This document shows, one piece after another, positions 25,690 to 38,386 of a stretch of 64,000 nucleotides of DNA. The stretch comes from Mobula birostris. Lineage: Eukaryota. Both the position numbers and the translations under genes were made by a program. The stretch is from contig NC_092375.1 of assembly GCF_030028105.1 (NCBI RefSeq), positions 45,917,130 through 45,981,129 of the forward strand. Direction: 5' to 3'. The notes beneath the pieces are model-generated. The model was given only the letters and a program-made list of their open reading frames with translations. It was not told where the DNA came from and did not search any database. Within the stretch, counting starts at the first letter, position 1. Each line of letters starts with the position of its first letter.

Positions 25690-27110
25690 GGAACACAAAA
25701 ATGCAAGAAGGGAAGAAATGGCTATTTAAACCCCTGAGACTATTCAGCCACTTAATGAGATTGTAGCTGATTCGTGACCTTATTCCATATACACACCTTT
25801 TCCTACGTTCCTTTAGGGATTTAGTTAACAAATGTCTGTCAGTCAAATTTAAAATTAGCAATTGAACTAGCAATAACTATATTTTTCAGAGCAGAATTCC
25901 TAATAACTACCATTCTCAATGTGTATAAAAGGCTTCTAAATTCAATCCTGAAAGGCCAGTCCTAATTTTTAGACACTGCTTCTTATTTTTCATCTCCACA
26001 ATCTACAAAACCATGGTTCTCTCCATAATTTTTATTTCCCTTAAAGTATTGAAAAATAGAATCATATTTAATGTTGCAAGATGTAGGGTATGCACCCTAG
26101 AGTAAGTGATTATGCTTTATAATTTAAACCTTGGAAACTGAGGTAATATTGAACTCTCTTGATGGACAGGATATCCTTTGTGAGATTCGGTGCCAGAGAC
26201 AGCCCATAATATCCCAGGAATAGTTTAACTAAGGTTTGTAAACATATAAAATTCATTCTGTCTCTTGCACACCTGCCCTCTAAATATATTGGCCAGCATT
26301 CCATTATTTTTTAATTATTTCTGTACCTGCCCTTGACATTTCAATAATCTGTGTATATCGAACCTTGTCTTTTTGAATCTGCTTCAGGTTTTACTATTTG
26401 TAATGGAGTCAGTTTATCCTTTTTACGTCCAGACAGTATGACTCCATCCTGCCCACATTTGCTTATGGCTTCTGTCTGCACTGACAGAATGTTGCCCATC
26501 TTATAGGCAAACATAGATATGTAGATTTCTAATAGGGTGAATTATTGGGTCCCTAAAGCAGATAATACCAGAACACCATCACCAATTTGAATCAATGTTT
26601 TCCTACCCCATTTTCCTAGACACGTCAATAATTTACCTTCAATTATCTCCAGCTTTAGCTCACAGTCTCATATCAGGAACTTCACCAAATAACATCGACA
26701 ATCATTCCACTATCCATTAAATCCGTTTTAATCACCAGTTCCAAACATTCTATTTGGTTCATTAGGCACAACTGTTTTTTTTTAGAAATCAAGTATAAAT
26801 TTTCAGTTTTCCATAACACTAATCATCATTATTGACTTTAGTGATTTCCCGGAGGAAAGAATTATTGTATAATTCCCTGATTTTAGTCTCCCACCTTTTT
26901 TAAATAACAGTGGAAGAGAATGCACAACTTTCCAATGAGAAACGAGCCATTTTCTTGGCTCCAGAACCACAGAAATTTTGGGAAATAATAGTTACAGCTC
27001 TGATGTGTTTTCACTGGTTTACTTTAAAATGCTGAGAACAGAAGCCATGTGAGCCTAGGAGACTGTTACTCTTTACTGTCATTATTTTCTCCATTTCTGT
27101 TCTTTTGCCT
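25690..27110 (-). mobile_element. Old CR1 LINE fragments
   Basis: CR1-like 3' UTR at ~25700-25900 and degenerate ORF2 (LVKLFLGYYGL.LAP.L.KDI...KRVQ). Confidence 0.55.
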
Positions 27111-28244
27111 ACATTAATATGAGTGAGTCCTTGTCCCCAAATAAAAATTAATTTCCTCAGAATGAGTAGAATGCAACCCTCTTCTCCAACTGTAATTACC
27201 AAAATAAAATTAACATTCAGAACATACAGTATTTCCTTTATAATGTAAATCAATATATAATTATAAAATATAATATCAATTTTCCCAATTCTCCTTAAAA
27301 GATTTGTAAATGTTTTTGTTTTGCTTTTGAAAAACCCCATAGTTTCCTCATACTTCTTTTCAAACAGATCTTATCATTTGTTTGATCAACTTTTTCAATT
27401 CTTGTGCAATTTCCATTTATCAGGAACTATATTATTATTTTCTTTTTGTCTGCTTTTGGTTCTACTGTCATTTTCTTGGAAAAATTGAGTTCTTGCTTGG
27501 TAAATATGTAAATTGTTTCCTGAAATAGTAAATACTTTCCTGAATATCTACCACCAACTGGTTGTCATTTTATCCGTTAGCAAAATTAACCACTGTATTA
27601 TACCATCACATGCTAGTCCTCTTACCCAAAACTATAGTATTATTACATGTTTCATATCACATCCTTTTAAATACTCCATTCAACTCAATAACATGATGAT
27701 TGCTATCAGATTAGTGTATGTTAGTAAATTTGATTCACTATTCATTACCAAATTTAATGTAGTTTACTCTAGCAGGCTCCAGAGTAAGGTGAGCCTCCAG
27801 TTGCTGAATGCTATTCAGATTAATTATGTTTCAGACTTATCCCAATCTAAATAAAAGTAAAACTTGCTATTCAAACTAGCATTACTATATTTTGCTTTGG
27901 TGAAACTTTCTTTGTTTCGGGCATGATCAGGAAATTGGGCATAAATTATGTTTGAATATATTTACCCAAGAAAATTTATAGTTCGTTTCAATTAAATTCA
28001 TTTGAAAATTACAGGTATAAAAAGGTTCCATTGAACAGCACGAACTCTGCATTAAGTGTATTAAGTGGCTATGATTGGTGAAGCCCTGTCCAGGAAAATG
28101 ACAAGAACTGAAGAATAGACCTAGGGAGAAAATTACATGACCTACCCATCCTCCTGGCCTGTCTACAGTTCACTCAAGCTGTAGGCAGATCCAGCTATAA
28201 AGAATTCTCTGCTGTCTAGGATTAGAACTGATAAAGTGGTGCAG

Positions 28245-28755
28245 AATCAGTATCAGGATTATTGCACTGACATACAGTAAGTCGTGAAATTTGTTGTTTT
28301 GTGGCAGCAGTACCCTGCAGGCATAAGAAATTACTGTAATTTACAATAAAAACTAATAAATCAATCAATCAATCAATAGTACAAAAAGAGGAATAGCAAG
28401 GTAGGTTCATGGATTCATGGACCATTTAGAAGTCTCTTGCCAGAGGGGAAGAAGCTGTTCTTAAAATATTGTGTGTGTCTTCAAGCTCCTGCACCTCCAC
28501 CCTGATGGCAGTAAGAGAAGTGGGCATGTCCCGGATGGTGAGGGTCCTTAATGATGGTTGCCACCTTCCTGAGGCACTGCCGTTGAAAGATGTCTTAGCT
28601 TGTGGGGAGACTTGTCCATGTAACAGAGCTAGCTGAGTCTACAACCCTTTGAAAGCCTCTTACGTTCTTGTGCATTGGTGCCTCCATTCCATTCCAAGCA
28701 ATGATGCAACCAGTCAGGATGCTCTCCACGGTGCACCTGTAGAAATTTGCTAGAT
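28245..28755 (-). mobile_element. Rex1/Babar-like LINE 3' fragment
   Basis: Similar to 5550-6100, with a CAGAATCAGTATCAGG tail and LLPSG...SFFP coding remnant. Confidence 0.7.
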
Positions 28756-29354
28756 CCAGCAGATGTTGTCTTTTCCAGTTTTAAGCAACAGCCAGACAGA
28801 CCAAGTGGTACTTCTGGTCATAGTGATAGGCGGGACGAGTGAGAGACATGTTCAAACAAAATGAATCTTATAAAGAGTAGTGATTGTGGAATGCAGGATA
28901 GGGTGGGTGAAGGCAATTATATTTTAGAAAGAGGACTGAGAATGAGTGCACTACTATATCCTAATCATCTCTAAATGTAGGATGGGTGCTGCTTCATGAT
29001 TACTGGGATCCTTTCCCTAAAATCCCTTGCCTCACCGACTGCACCCCCTCAAGTACAGAATCTAACACTGCTTTGAATTACCTTCTATCTTCCCAGTTGA
29101 CCAGGCTATCAATAACTACCTGCAGTCTAAAATATTCTTCATCACTACCAACTGTATGATCAGTTTATGAATCATTTACCACTTTCGTTACCATACCACC
29201 CACATTTGTCTAAACAATTAACATTTAATTGAAAAAGCAAAGGTACAAGTCCTTTGCACTCATCAACCATTAATTTTAGGTTCTTGCTGCAGAGCCAAAT
29301 TTGGATCCAATTAGTCACTCTTATTTGGATCCTTTGGTTGGTTATTTCATTAAC

Positions 29355-29488
29355 AAGAGAAAATCTGCAGGTGCTGGAAATCCAAGCAACATAGACAAAA
29401 TGCTGGAGGAACTCAGCAGGCCAGGCAGCATCTATGGAAAAGAGTACAGTCAACATTTTGGGCCGAAACTCTTCGGCAGGACTAGTTA
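29355..29488 (-). mobile_element. 134-bp Penelope-like 3' fragment with 11-bp TSD, inside an old CR1 (approx. 29030-30400)
   Basis: ATTTCATTAAC at 29344-29354 and 29489-29499. The insert matches 53043-53176 and ends at a degenerate hammerhead. Confidence 0.82.
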
Positions 29489-32400
29489 ATTTCATTAACC
29501 AGCTTTCCATGTGGGATCTTGTCAAAAACTTTGCTAAGATCCTTTAATTTATATCAAATATGGCTCATGTCAACCTTCCTTGTTACTCCTTCATGAGATT
29601 CACTCAGGTTTGTCAGAAACAACTCTCGTTACAACTCAGGCCCACTGGGCCTGATTCATCTGTACTTCCTTAATTGAAGGATAATACTGTTCCTGAGAAG
29701 TGATTTCAATATTTTGTCCAGTTAAGCTAATTGGCCTGTAGTTATATAATATACCCTTTCTCTATTTCTAAACAATGGCATTATGTTAACAGTGCCCTAA
29801 TCCTCCATCACAACTCTAGTAAGCATACAGAACTGAATAGTTACAGAGAGCTATTGCAATTTCTAACATACTGGGATATATTTCATCTGTACCTAGATTA
29901 TTTATCCACTTTCAGTGATGCTAAGGTCTTTAAAAACTTATTAACTCTAAGTTTGTCCCATCCAATATTTCACACTCACTCTTCTCAACTACATCAACAC
30001 CATCTCTCATTTCTGTGAAGATAGCTGCAAACTATCCATTTAAGAATCTCCACTCCGACACATAACTAATTTGGTTCTTAATAGGATTTATTCTTTTTAT
30101 TGTATCAGCTTGCTCTTTCTGTACTTTTCAACACTTTGGATTTCCTTTGATTTTTTTTATGTCAGGTCTTTTTTTTGAATTTCCCTTTTAATTTCATTCA
30201 CACACTTTTTTATAAACCCTTCAATCTTACTGTTCTATTAAGCTATCAGTGTCTCATATAAGCTTCTCTATTTTGCCTTATCTAACAGATTTATCATAAA
30301 GCGGCTTTAGGTTTGGGAGAAAGTGATTGAGCTGAGTAAGGAATTTCCTTCCTAAATGCTTCCCATTGATGAGGAGCTAACCTTCAAGTAACCCAGTCCT
30401 TCTCTGCTAATGATTGAAAGTCTTTAGGTAATGAATGGCCCAGCACAGAAGATAAACTTACTTGACTCATATAATATGAACTTTTCCAATGCTAATCCAT
30501 CCATGCTAATTCATCCAAGACTGCCCTACTTAATATTGGCACTAATTCATAACCAATACACCAAAATATATTTTTAAAACTGGAAACCTAAAACAAATTC
30601 AGCAAATTTTGAAACATTCCATAACTCAAAATAACAGATAATAGACCAGTTAAAATTGTAAAGCAGACTTTTCTTTAGGTGTGTTGTTCCTTTCCTGGGT
30701 GTCTCTTCCACTCCTGGATTTTGTCCTCAATGCATGAGGAACACTTCTCACTCACATTTATATTAAGTCACTTATTTTCACAATTATCCTTTTATTCTAT
30801 TCCACTTCTAATAATGTTTCTGTTTTATTGCTCCAGTTTCCCTGTCTCTGTCACATTCACTGGGATGATACTCTAATGTCTTTCTCTTACTTCAACTAAG
30901 AAGTTTCATCTACTGAGATAGACAGGCAGCTCAACCAACTTATTTCCTCTCTCATTCCTTCTCCCACCAACCAGACCACAACCAGATAGTCTCTATGTCC
31001 TCACCTTCCACCTTATCGACCTCATAATTAGAGATATCGAAACTCTTGCCATTTATGCTACATGATCTCATCATGAGACATACTTTTCTTTGCAATCTGC
31101 ATTTTGAAGAAAACATTTACTTGTATAAGTATATTTCTATATTTTTCCCCTACCTGTTTCAACTGTTCTCCTTCACCAGGCATCTCTCCAAAGAAACTCA
31201 GGCTGTGTTCTCCAATGAATAGAAAGCAGCCAATGGTAATTGACTTGCACACAGCAAACATGTTGTCATACAAACAATCTCAATTTAAAATAACAGAAAC
31301 TAGAGGAAATGTTCCTAATAAAAGCAGGGTAATCTACAGAAGAAATGCAAAGGGTAGATGATAGATACATATAAACTATGTGGATAAAATCAATCTCAGC
31401 CATTTCTTCCAGTGTGGTGCGCAGATGTAGGAGAATTAGTCATTCACCTTCACTCTAGTATTATTACTACAAGAGAAGAACAAGCAATACTTGTCCATTG
31501 AATTCTTCCAACAGTACTGGCAACTTGCATTTATTCCTGCCAGTTTATATTTGCACCATTACTATATCTGAGTAACATAATCGGTTACTTTCAATTCTAC
31601 TTACATTCTTCAGTACCAAGCCTCTAATATATAGAAACATACTGTAGGTTCTCTCATTTTCATCACACCACAGTTGGAATTATTAATGCTAACTTCCAAC
31701 TGTGCCTATCGTGCCTCACAATTCATGACAATGTAACTTAATTTAACAGAATAGGGCATGGATGCATATATGGATTTTCTGAATTGAAAAATTTGAATCA
31801 CATTGAATCTTGAAGAAAGTAGAAAACCTATGTAGATTCAACACAAATCTGAGTCATGGAGGTAAAATTGAACCATTTTCAGTTGGTCAATTAATGGTGG
31901 ACCAGTGCTGGACTGTGCTGTACCCCTACATTCTGTAGGCTTGGCTGTTTAAGGACATTGGTGTTTCCATACCAGACCATGAAGCAGGAGGGTCCCAGAT
32001 TTGATCCCTTGCTCCTTCCAAAGTAATAAACTTAAGTATTGGTACATGGTAAGTTAAGCCAACTTATAAACTTTCTCTAAAAGCAAAGTAAGGCAAGGTT
32101 ATTAACAAAGTCAAGATTTGGTATGTTACATAACATTGGTTATTAACACTAATTAGATTAGCTGCTTGAAAGCAAAAGAAAAAAATGTCAAAATATTCTT
32201 ATTTAAATAAATCAGATCTTCTGGGTCTCTGGTGAAGGTATATCAACCTTCTGATGTTTCATCTATGGGCTGGCGTCACCCTAAAGAAACAGTTAGGTAT
32301 ATTTCCAATCATTTTGGTAGTCTCAATGTTCTGGAGAAGATATAAGTCTACCAGTGAACATGCAAATATACTTTGTTTTAGCAGCAGAGGAGATGTGCAG

Positions 32401-34469
32401 ATGGTTTCTATTAAACAATTGATGATTAGGCCATGGGTAGTCATTTATAATCCCATTCTAATACAGGAACACATCCTGAAATCCTAAGGATACTTATTCA
32501 CCAGCCTGGAGCTACTGAAGTCAGCTTTCTCACTCAGTTTCATAAATAATGAGGTTAAAGACATCCAAAACTAAACACCAAGATATTCAAAGATACAACA
32601 TATTCTAACACCTTTCATTAAGTAGAAGAGCTGTTTTTTCTGCAATTATACTAAAGAATTAGAGAGATTAATGTTACTTATTGTGCAGAGATGAAGCCCA
32701 CCCAAGTTCCCACTACTTATCTATTCACTATAAACTAATACAACAAAATATTTTGAATGGCTGCTGTTCTCTGCAGTTCTTTTTTTTCATTTTTTGTGAA
32801 ACTACTTATTTTGACACATTTTGTTATTCATTTTAGTCTGGAACTGACTCTTAACTTTTAGTTGCAAATCTTTAAAACTTATTTCAGAAATTGCCAACTT
32901 CTCTATTGTTGCAGTGATGATAAACCGTCATGTGATAAAGTCCACAGATTCTGATTGGGTCATAGTAAACCAACAATATATTGATGTAAACACACCATTA
33001 AATGACCGCTGTTCATGATGACGTCAGATTTTTAAGCCCAGTCAATCATTTTATGCAGTTAGGTTTGCATGCAAACAGATTTTCAAATTAATATACATCT
33101 AATAAAGAATATATTTTAAAAAAGATAGTTGAAGTAAAGGGGGAATATGAGATTTCACACACATCAAGTGGATGTATGGAAAGGAATTAGGAGTTAATAT
33201 GGCATGTGTGAATGTTGATAAGGACGGACGAAGTGAGATAAGTAGTAACGAATGTTAACGCTACAAATATGGATATCGTGTCGATGACAATATTGACGTA
33301 CCGTAGCATGAATTAAAAATAAGAAGAGAAAACACACAATTTGCGAAAAAGATGCGAGGAAAGACAAAGATGGTGATAGATTAAACAAAAGTGTTTCGAG
33401 TTGAGCTGGGGTGATCACGTATAACAGGTAAAAATGATCAACTTCTGCAATAATGAGAAATTGCATTCGGCCTGATTTTGTTGTTGATGAGCTGTTTTCT
33501 TGATTAGGATCCATATAGTACAGTGATCGAGATCCCAGAGAGAATTATTCGAGCATAAACATATAATGCCAACATTTCTCATGGTGAAAGATGATTGTTA
33601 AACGAATGTAGAACCGACGGGAGTAAGAGATGAGGCTGCGTCCTCCGACTTTTCTTTATGATGTAAGTTTCAAAATGAACTCAAACATGCATTGACTTAA
33701 TTCTTACCGTGGAAGACGCGGTAAAAGTCGATTTATGTGCGCAATATGATAGATTATGTCTGCGTTGAATGCTATTGTATTATGTAAACGTGGTTACTTG
33801 GGTGTACCATACCTGAAATACAAATCTTCAATGAATTGTTAGATAGAGATGTGAGTTTGATAGCGCGGGGTATTATATTTAAATGTCAGTTAGATTTACT
33901 GATATTTTCTAATACAAACTGAATCTGGTTGCTGCTGGTGCAATAAGACCCACTATTACATTTAACATTGCCACAAGAAGAAGTGAAACTGATTTATGAG
34001 GTGTGCGTTTGTCTAACACCATATGTTATCTACTCTGGGCTCATTTAAATGTGTAATATCAGGACAGTAGCACCAAGTATTATATTTAAATCTTAGCTGG
34101 ATTATTGCGAATTTGTTTATGTTTGTAGAATAACATCAATGCATTAATGTTAGACTTCACTTGATTGAATAATACAACAGATGGGATACGAATTTGTTTA
34201 TCTGTAATAACACCATACCGAATATTTAAATGTTCATTGGATTAGAAGATTTTATTGATGTGATATGGTTGTATTATGTAGATAGTTCTCGAAGTATGGA
34301 TTACATTTTAGTCCCGATTGAATTCGTTAGTAGTGCGCCTGTGATATGCGATTTGCTTTATTTGACTATATTATGGCACAGTGGATTGTATTTCAAAATG
34401 GATTGGCATCTGTGATATTGTATTTGTGATATGAATCTGTTGAATGTGCTTGCTCTGTGAATATTCTCG

Positions 34470-34560
34470 GCTTGTGACAGATGTCGGATCCCATTAGGTG
34501 ACTCCTAGGGAGATTTCTCTCCAATCGGAGGCTCCATTAAAAGAGGATTTGGTTCCAGCC
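34470..34560 (+). promoter_or_regulatory. Putative NHLH1 proximal promoter
   Basis: E-box CAGATG 34478-34483, CCAAT 34521-34525 and TATA-like CATTAAAA 34535-34542, in canonical order before a GC-rich start and a GA repeat. Confidence 0.55.
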
Positions 34561-34569
34561 CGGCCCCCG

Positions 34570-34982
34570 AGCCTGGCCAAGCCCTTCTCTCATCTCCATC
34601 TCCACTAAGATCAGACAGGACCATCAGAGAAAGAGAGAGAGAGAGAGACAGAGGGAGAGGGAGAGAAACAGTCCTTATCGCTACGATCAGAGACCGAGAG
34701 GACATTTTTTATATCAAACTCTTATCGCTGCGATCAGAGACTTGAACGACATTCTATCAAACTCCTGCCACTGGGAACAAGGATTCAAAGGGCATTTTAT
34801 TAAATTCCTGTCCCTCCCAACAGAGATTTGAACCGACAGAAAATGCAAGGATCTGCAGGGTTGATTTGTGGATAAAGGACGAAGATACGATCTCTAGAAA
34901 AGATTACTAGTGACTGGAATCCAGTTTTTTTTAAGTCCATCTTGCTTCATTCCATTGGATCCTCGCGTTTCCTCGTTTGTTG
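34570..34982 (+). other. NHLH1: Putative non-coding exon 1 (5' UTR) of NHLH1
   Basis: Lies downstream of the promoter motifs and ends at the donor TG|GTAAGA (GT 34983-34984). A pyrimidine-rich acceptor ...TCTTCAG ends at 36686, 42 nt before the ATG. The start coordinate is estimated. Confidence 0.55.
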
Positions 34983-36101
34983 GTAAGATTTCTGTCTCTG
35001 TGACATAAAATACGGTTTTAGACCTCTGTTCTGCAGATACAGAAATTAATTATTTCGGGAATATCGAAATACACTCCGCAAGAAAAATTTCAGCGGTTGC
35101 CTACTATTTGCAAGAAAAAAAAATCAAGTAAACAATTATAGCGTGTGCAAAAATAGAAACGCAAACTTCTTAAAACATTGATTAACTTTCCCCGCTATAA
35201 TGTTGTTGTAATGAGGTTAAGATGATAGTGTTAATTGTAAGTATTTATTCATACTAACGGGAAACCTGTATTTCCGTTCGTTCATTTTGTTATTTTCCTA
35301 TCATTTTGCCTTAGTTCTGGCTTTCTATCCCAGAGGCATTCAGAAATGTATAAGAAATTTGTTTCTATTTCAAATAATATCTGCATATTTCCCATATTAA
35401 TAACGTCTCCTTCTTGGTTTAGTTTTAGTGCATCTTGAGATTTAGCTTGTAGTTTCTCTTCAAATGTTCACTGAACCCCTTCTCTTTTGTGTCTAGCTGG
35501 TGCGTATATTTTAGTTCACGTTATTCATTTTGTTTGCTGGCATTATACATACACAATATACTGGTATTAATTCATGTCCAACAACAATCGAATACTGGCG
35601 CAGTTTATGTTCTGCCTGTGCCTCACAGTGTTAATATTTTAGTCGATTATCCTTTCTTCTCTCCTTCTGGCCCAGTTTACTTTAGTCTTGATGCACATTG
35701 TGTGTATGTGTGCGTGTGTGTGTGCCTGGGTGTGAGGATGTCCCTGCAGTCTGCTTTTCCGGGTGACAGATGGTGCCTGAGTCTGTCTCTCCTTTCACCC
35801 CGGCTCGGTTCCAAATGAAATAATAATAAATTAATATTCTACACGGGCAAACATCGATTACTGCTGGTCAGATCTCAGGAATACTGCGAACAAAGCCTTT
35901 GTCTTAATCTGCTAGAAGGTTTTCTAATAAACTCATTTAATATCCATTACAAATACAACATCCTGCAGGCCTTGAGTAATAACCATACAGGCAGGAATCA
36001 ATAGCCCTGGAAATATAAACAGCTGTAAACTTAGATTAGATTGATACAGCTAAACATATATTAAACTAGCCGGAGAAAGAAAGACAGATATAGCTAGTGA
36101 T

Positions 36102-36102
36102 C

Positions 36103-36134
<32 letters not shown>

Positions 36135-36160
36135 GCATAGACAGACAGAAAGAGAGAGAG
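36102..36160. repeat. (GATA)n/(GACA)/(GA) microsatellite in the putative intron
   Basis: Directly visible. Confidence 0.9.
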
Positions 36161-36728
36161 CTAAGAAAGAAAGAGCATAGGTAGAATGGAAGAAAGAAAA
36201 AGGAAGATGTACAACCTGGATTCGGCGATTGTTAGCTATTACAAGTGAATACCAAGAATAAACTAAGGCAGATTGATAATATCAGCAGGTAAAAAGCAAA
36301 ATAAAACAGGATCTCGTATCACCAAATAAACAGAATGAAGCAGATAAATTAAATTCAGATATTAATTTGACAAACTTATCGTTTCAATTTTACATTTTCT
36401 TTCTCGGAATTCATACATTTAATTGTATGCTTCTGTTTTGTTTGTTTATTTTTTTTTCAAGTGAACATTCCAGTTCCTCACTATTAGGGTAACTTTTTTC
36501 TGAAATGGCCTGGTCTGATTTATAATTCAATGCTTTCCTGGATTGCTATAAATGATTGATTCACTTTGAGCAGTATTTCCTTGCAGTTTTATTGCGTTGT
36601 TGTCACTGTTGGACTTTTATTTTCCTTTCTTTGGAGATAATTATTGTGATGAATCTCAAGCTTTTCCCCCCTCTCTGCATCTTCAGGTTTTCGTGCTCAT
36701 ATTGCAGTTCCGATCGTGTTTCCTCAGG

Positions 36729-37088
36729 ATGTTGAACTCGGATCAAACTGACCTGGACCTGAACCCCAGCTCTTCCGAGAGTGAGTCGGTGCTGTCGGAT
36801 GCTCGGGGAGGTTGTGTGCGAGACAAGCCGGATGATGCCGAAGGCAAGCGAGGGGTCCAGCAGACATTGAGCCGGGAAGAGAAACGCCGCCGGCGGAGAG
36901 CCACTGCCAAGTACCGCACGGCCCATGCAACCCGGGAGCGCATTAGGGTAGAGGCCTTCAACGTGGCATTCGCAGAACTTCGCAAACTGCTGCCAACTCT
37001 GCCTCCCGACAAAAAGCTCTCCAAAATCGAAATCCTTCGCCTGGCCATCTGCTACATTTCTTACCTAAATCATGTCTTGGATGTCTAG
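36729..37088 (+). CDS. NHLH1: Nescient helix-loop-helix 1 (HEN1/NSCL1), neural bHLH transcription factor, 119 aa, single coding exon
   Basis: The C-terminus [73 protein letters not shown] is the NHLH family bHLH. The N-terminus MLNSD...DL...SESES..SD and KYRTAH (KYRSAH in NHLH2) favour NHLH1. The true start is the ATG at 36729; the ORF-track extension from 36597 starts at a TTG in intronic sequence. Confidence 0.93.
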   Translation: MLNSDQTDLDLNPSSSESESVLSDARGGCVRDKPDDAEGKRGVQQTLSREEKRRRRRATAKYRTAHATRERIRVEAFNVAFAELRKLLPTLPPDKKLSKIEILRLAICYISYLNHVLDV

Positions 37089-38100
37089 GCAACGAGAGAG
37101 GAGGGAGAGAGAGAAAGAGAAACAGTGGAGAACGGAAAAGAAAAGTAAAGTTTGTGGATTTAAAACTGAAAATAAAAATGTTTGAGGAGGTTGTCAAGTG
37201 CCACCGTTTCCAAAACAAATGGAACTTTAAACTCTATTTGTGACCTTAAAGTGTGTTAGTCGGTGCGGTATATTTATATTTAATTTTATTTTTTATAATT
37301 GTGCGTATTGATAATTAGTATATTTCTATTTTATTTTTATTTATTTTTATATAAACGTGTGTCAATTGTTATTTTTGTGCCATCTGTTCACAGTCGAGTG
37401 TTTACACTTTCTGTTGGAGAGCTGTAAGCTGTTATTTCTTTCTCGCCGTGCTTGGTTGCTGTTTGAAAGCAGTGATGTTTTTTGCTTCCCCATATCGCAC
37501 TTGTTTCTAAAGGTAGAGCTTTTTACGTTTGTCTTATTTCCACCCTCCCTTGTATTTAAATATTTGGTGCAATGAGTTTGTTGCTGTTTCTAGGAGAGTC
37601 GAGCACTCGCACTTCATGCTTTAATTTAAATGGTTTAAGGTACGTGGCAGTTGCTGTTGTATAAAATGTTTATTTTTCTTGGTAGAATGTGTCGCAGTTT
37701 GGAACACGGTAAACAAAGGAGGAGAATCCCAGATTGTGCAGCAACTCCCAGCTATTTATTCCCCGGATTAGTATACCCCTTAAAACGTTTATAAAATAAT
37801 CTGGGCCCATCTTCTCCTAGTGAATTGAACCAAAAACTGAATTTCTAATGACTGCCCGATCTCTGGTTAGCACCCCTGAAGTGCGCGGATTTTGTAAAAA
37901 ACAAAAAACAAACAAAAAAAGGACATATCAAACTGACATCCAAAGATTCTCGTCTTTTCAGGGTTTCTAAATGTGTTTTTTGCCTAGTTCAGAATATTTT
38001 GTGGTTGAAATAACGAGCTGGTTTCTATAAGGTAGTTTTCATATCTATTCCTGAATGGTGCCATTTGGCAATAAAAAAAATAAAACTGCATTTTGTCTTT
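37089..38100 (+). other. NHLH1: Putative AU-rich 3' UTR of NHLH1 with polyadenylation signals
   Basis: AATAAA at 37171, 38070 and 38079, the last two followed by a U/GU-rich tract. U-rich blocks at 37270-37355. Confidence 0.6.
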
Positions 38101-38330
38101 TTATTATCAAATCTCTGGAACATTCATCCTGCCTCTTCCAAGAATGTAAAATCCACCAATATGACTGTGATACAATCGACAGAAACAATCACAAAGTGAC
38201 ATATTGCGAGGAAGTGTTCAAAGTAGTTTAACAAACGCTCATCCAAACATACAACATTCGAAACTTCTTTTTTTAATATAAATCCCCGTGTCTGAGGGGA
38301 TATTGTGAATAAAATGTGTGTCAGGTTTTG

Positions 38331-38386
38331 ATGCGTGTGTGTGTGTGTGTGTGTGTCTGTCTGTCTGTCTGTCTGTCTCTGTGTGT
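38331..38386. repeat. (GT)n(CTGT)n compound microsatellite
   Basis: Directly visible. Confidence 0.95.

Noticed and set aside
34674-34838. CRISPR-like array
   Set aside because: Eukaryotic context, degenerate tandem units without unique spacers, and no cas genes.
36597-36728. N-terminal extension of the bHLH ORF in the ORF track
   Set aside because: Starts at TTG and spans a polypyrimidine tract and splice acceptor. Family similarity begins at the ATG at 36729.
36729-37088. Assignment as NHLH2
   Set aside because: The N-terminal MLNSD/SESES pattern and KYRTAH fit NHLH1 better. Synteny would be needed for certainty.
36603-37218. Antisense ORFs over NHLH1
   Set aside because: Shadow frames of a GC-rich coding exon with no recognisable domains.
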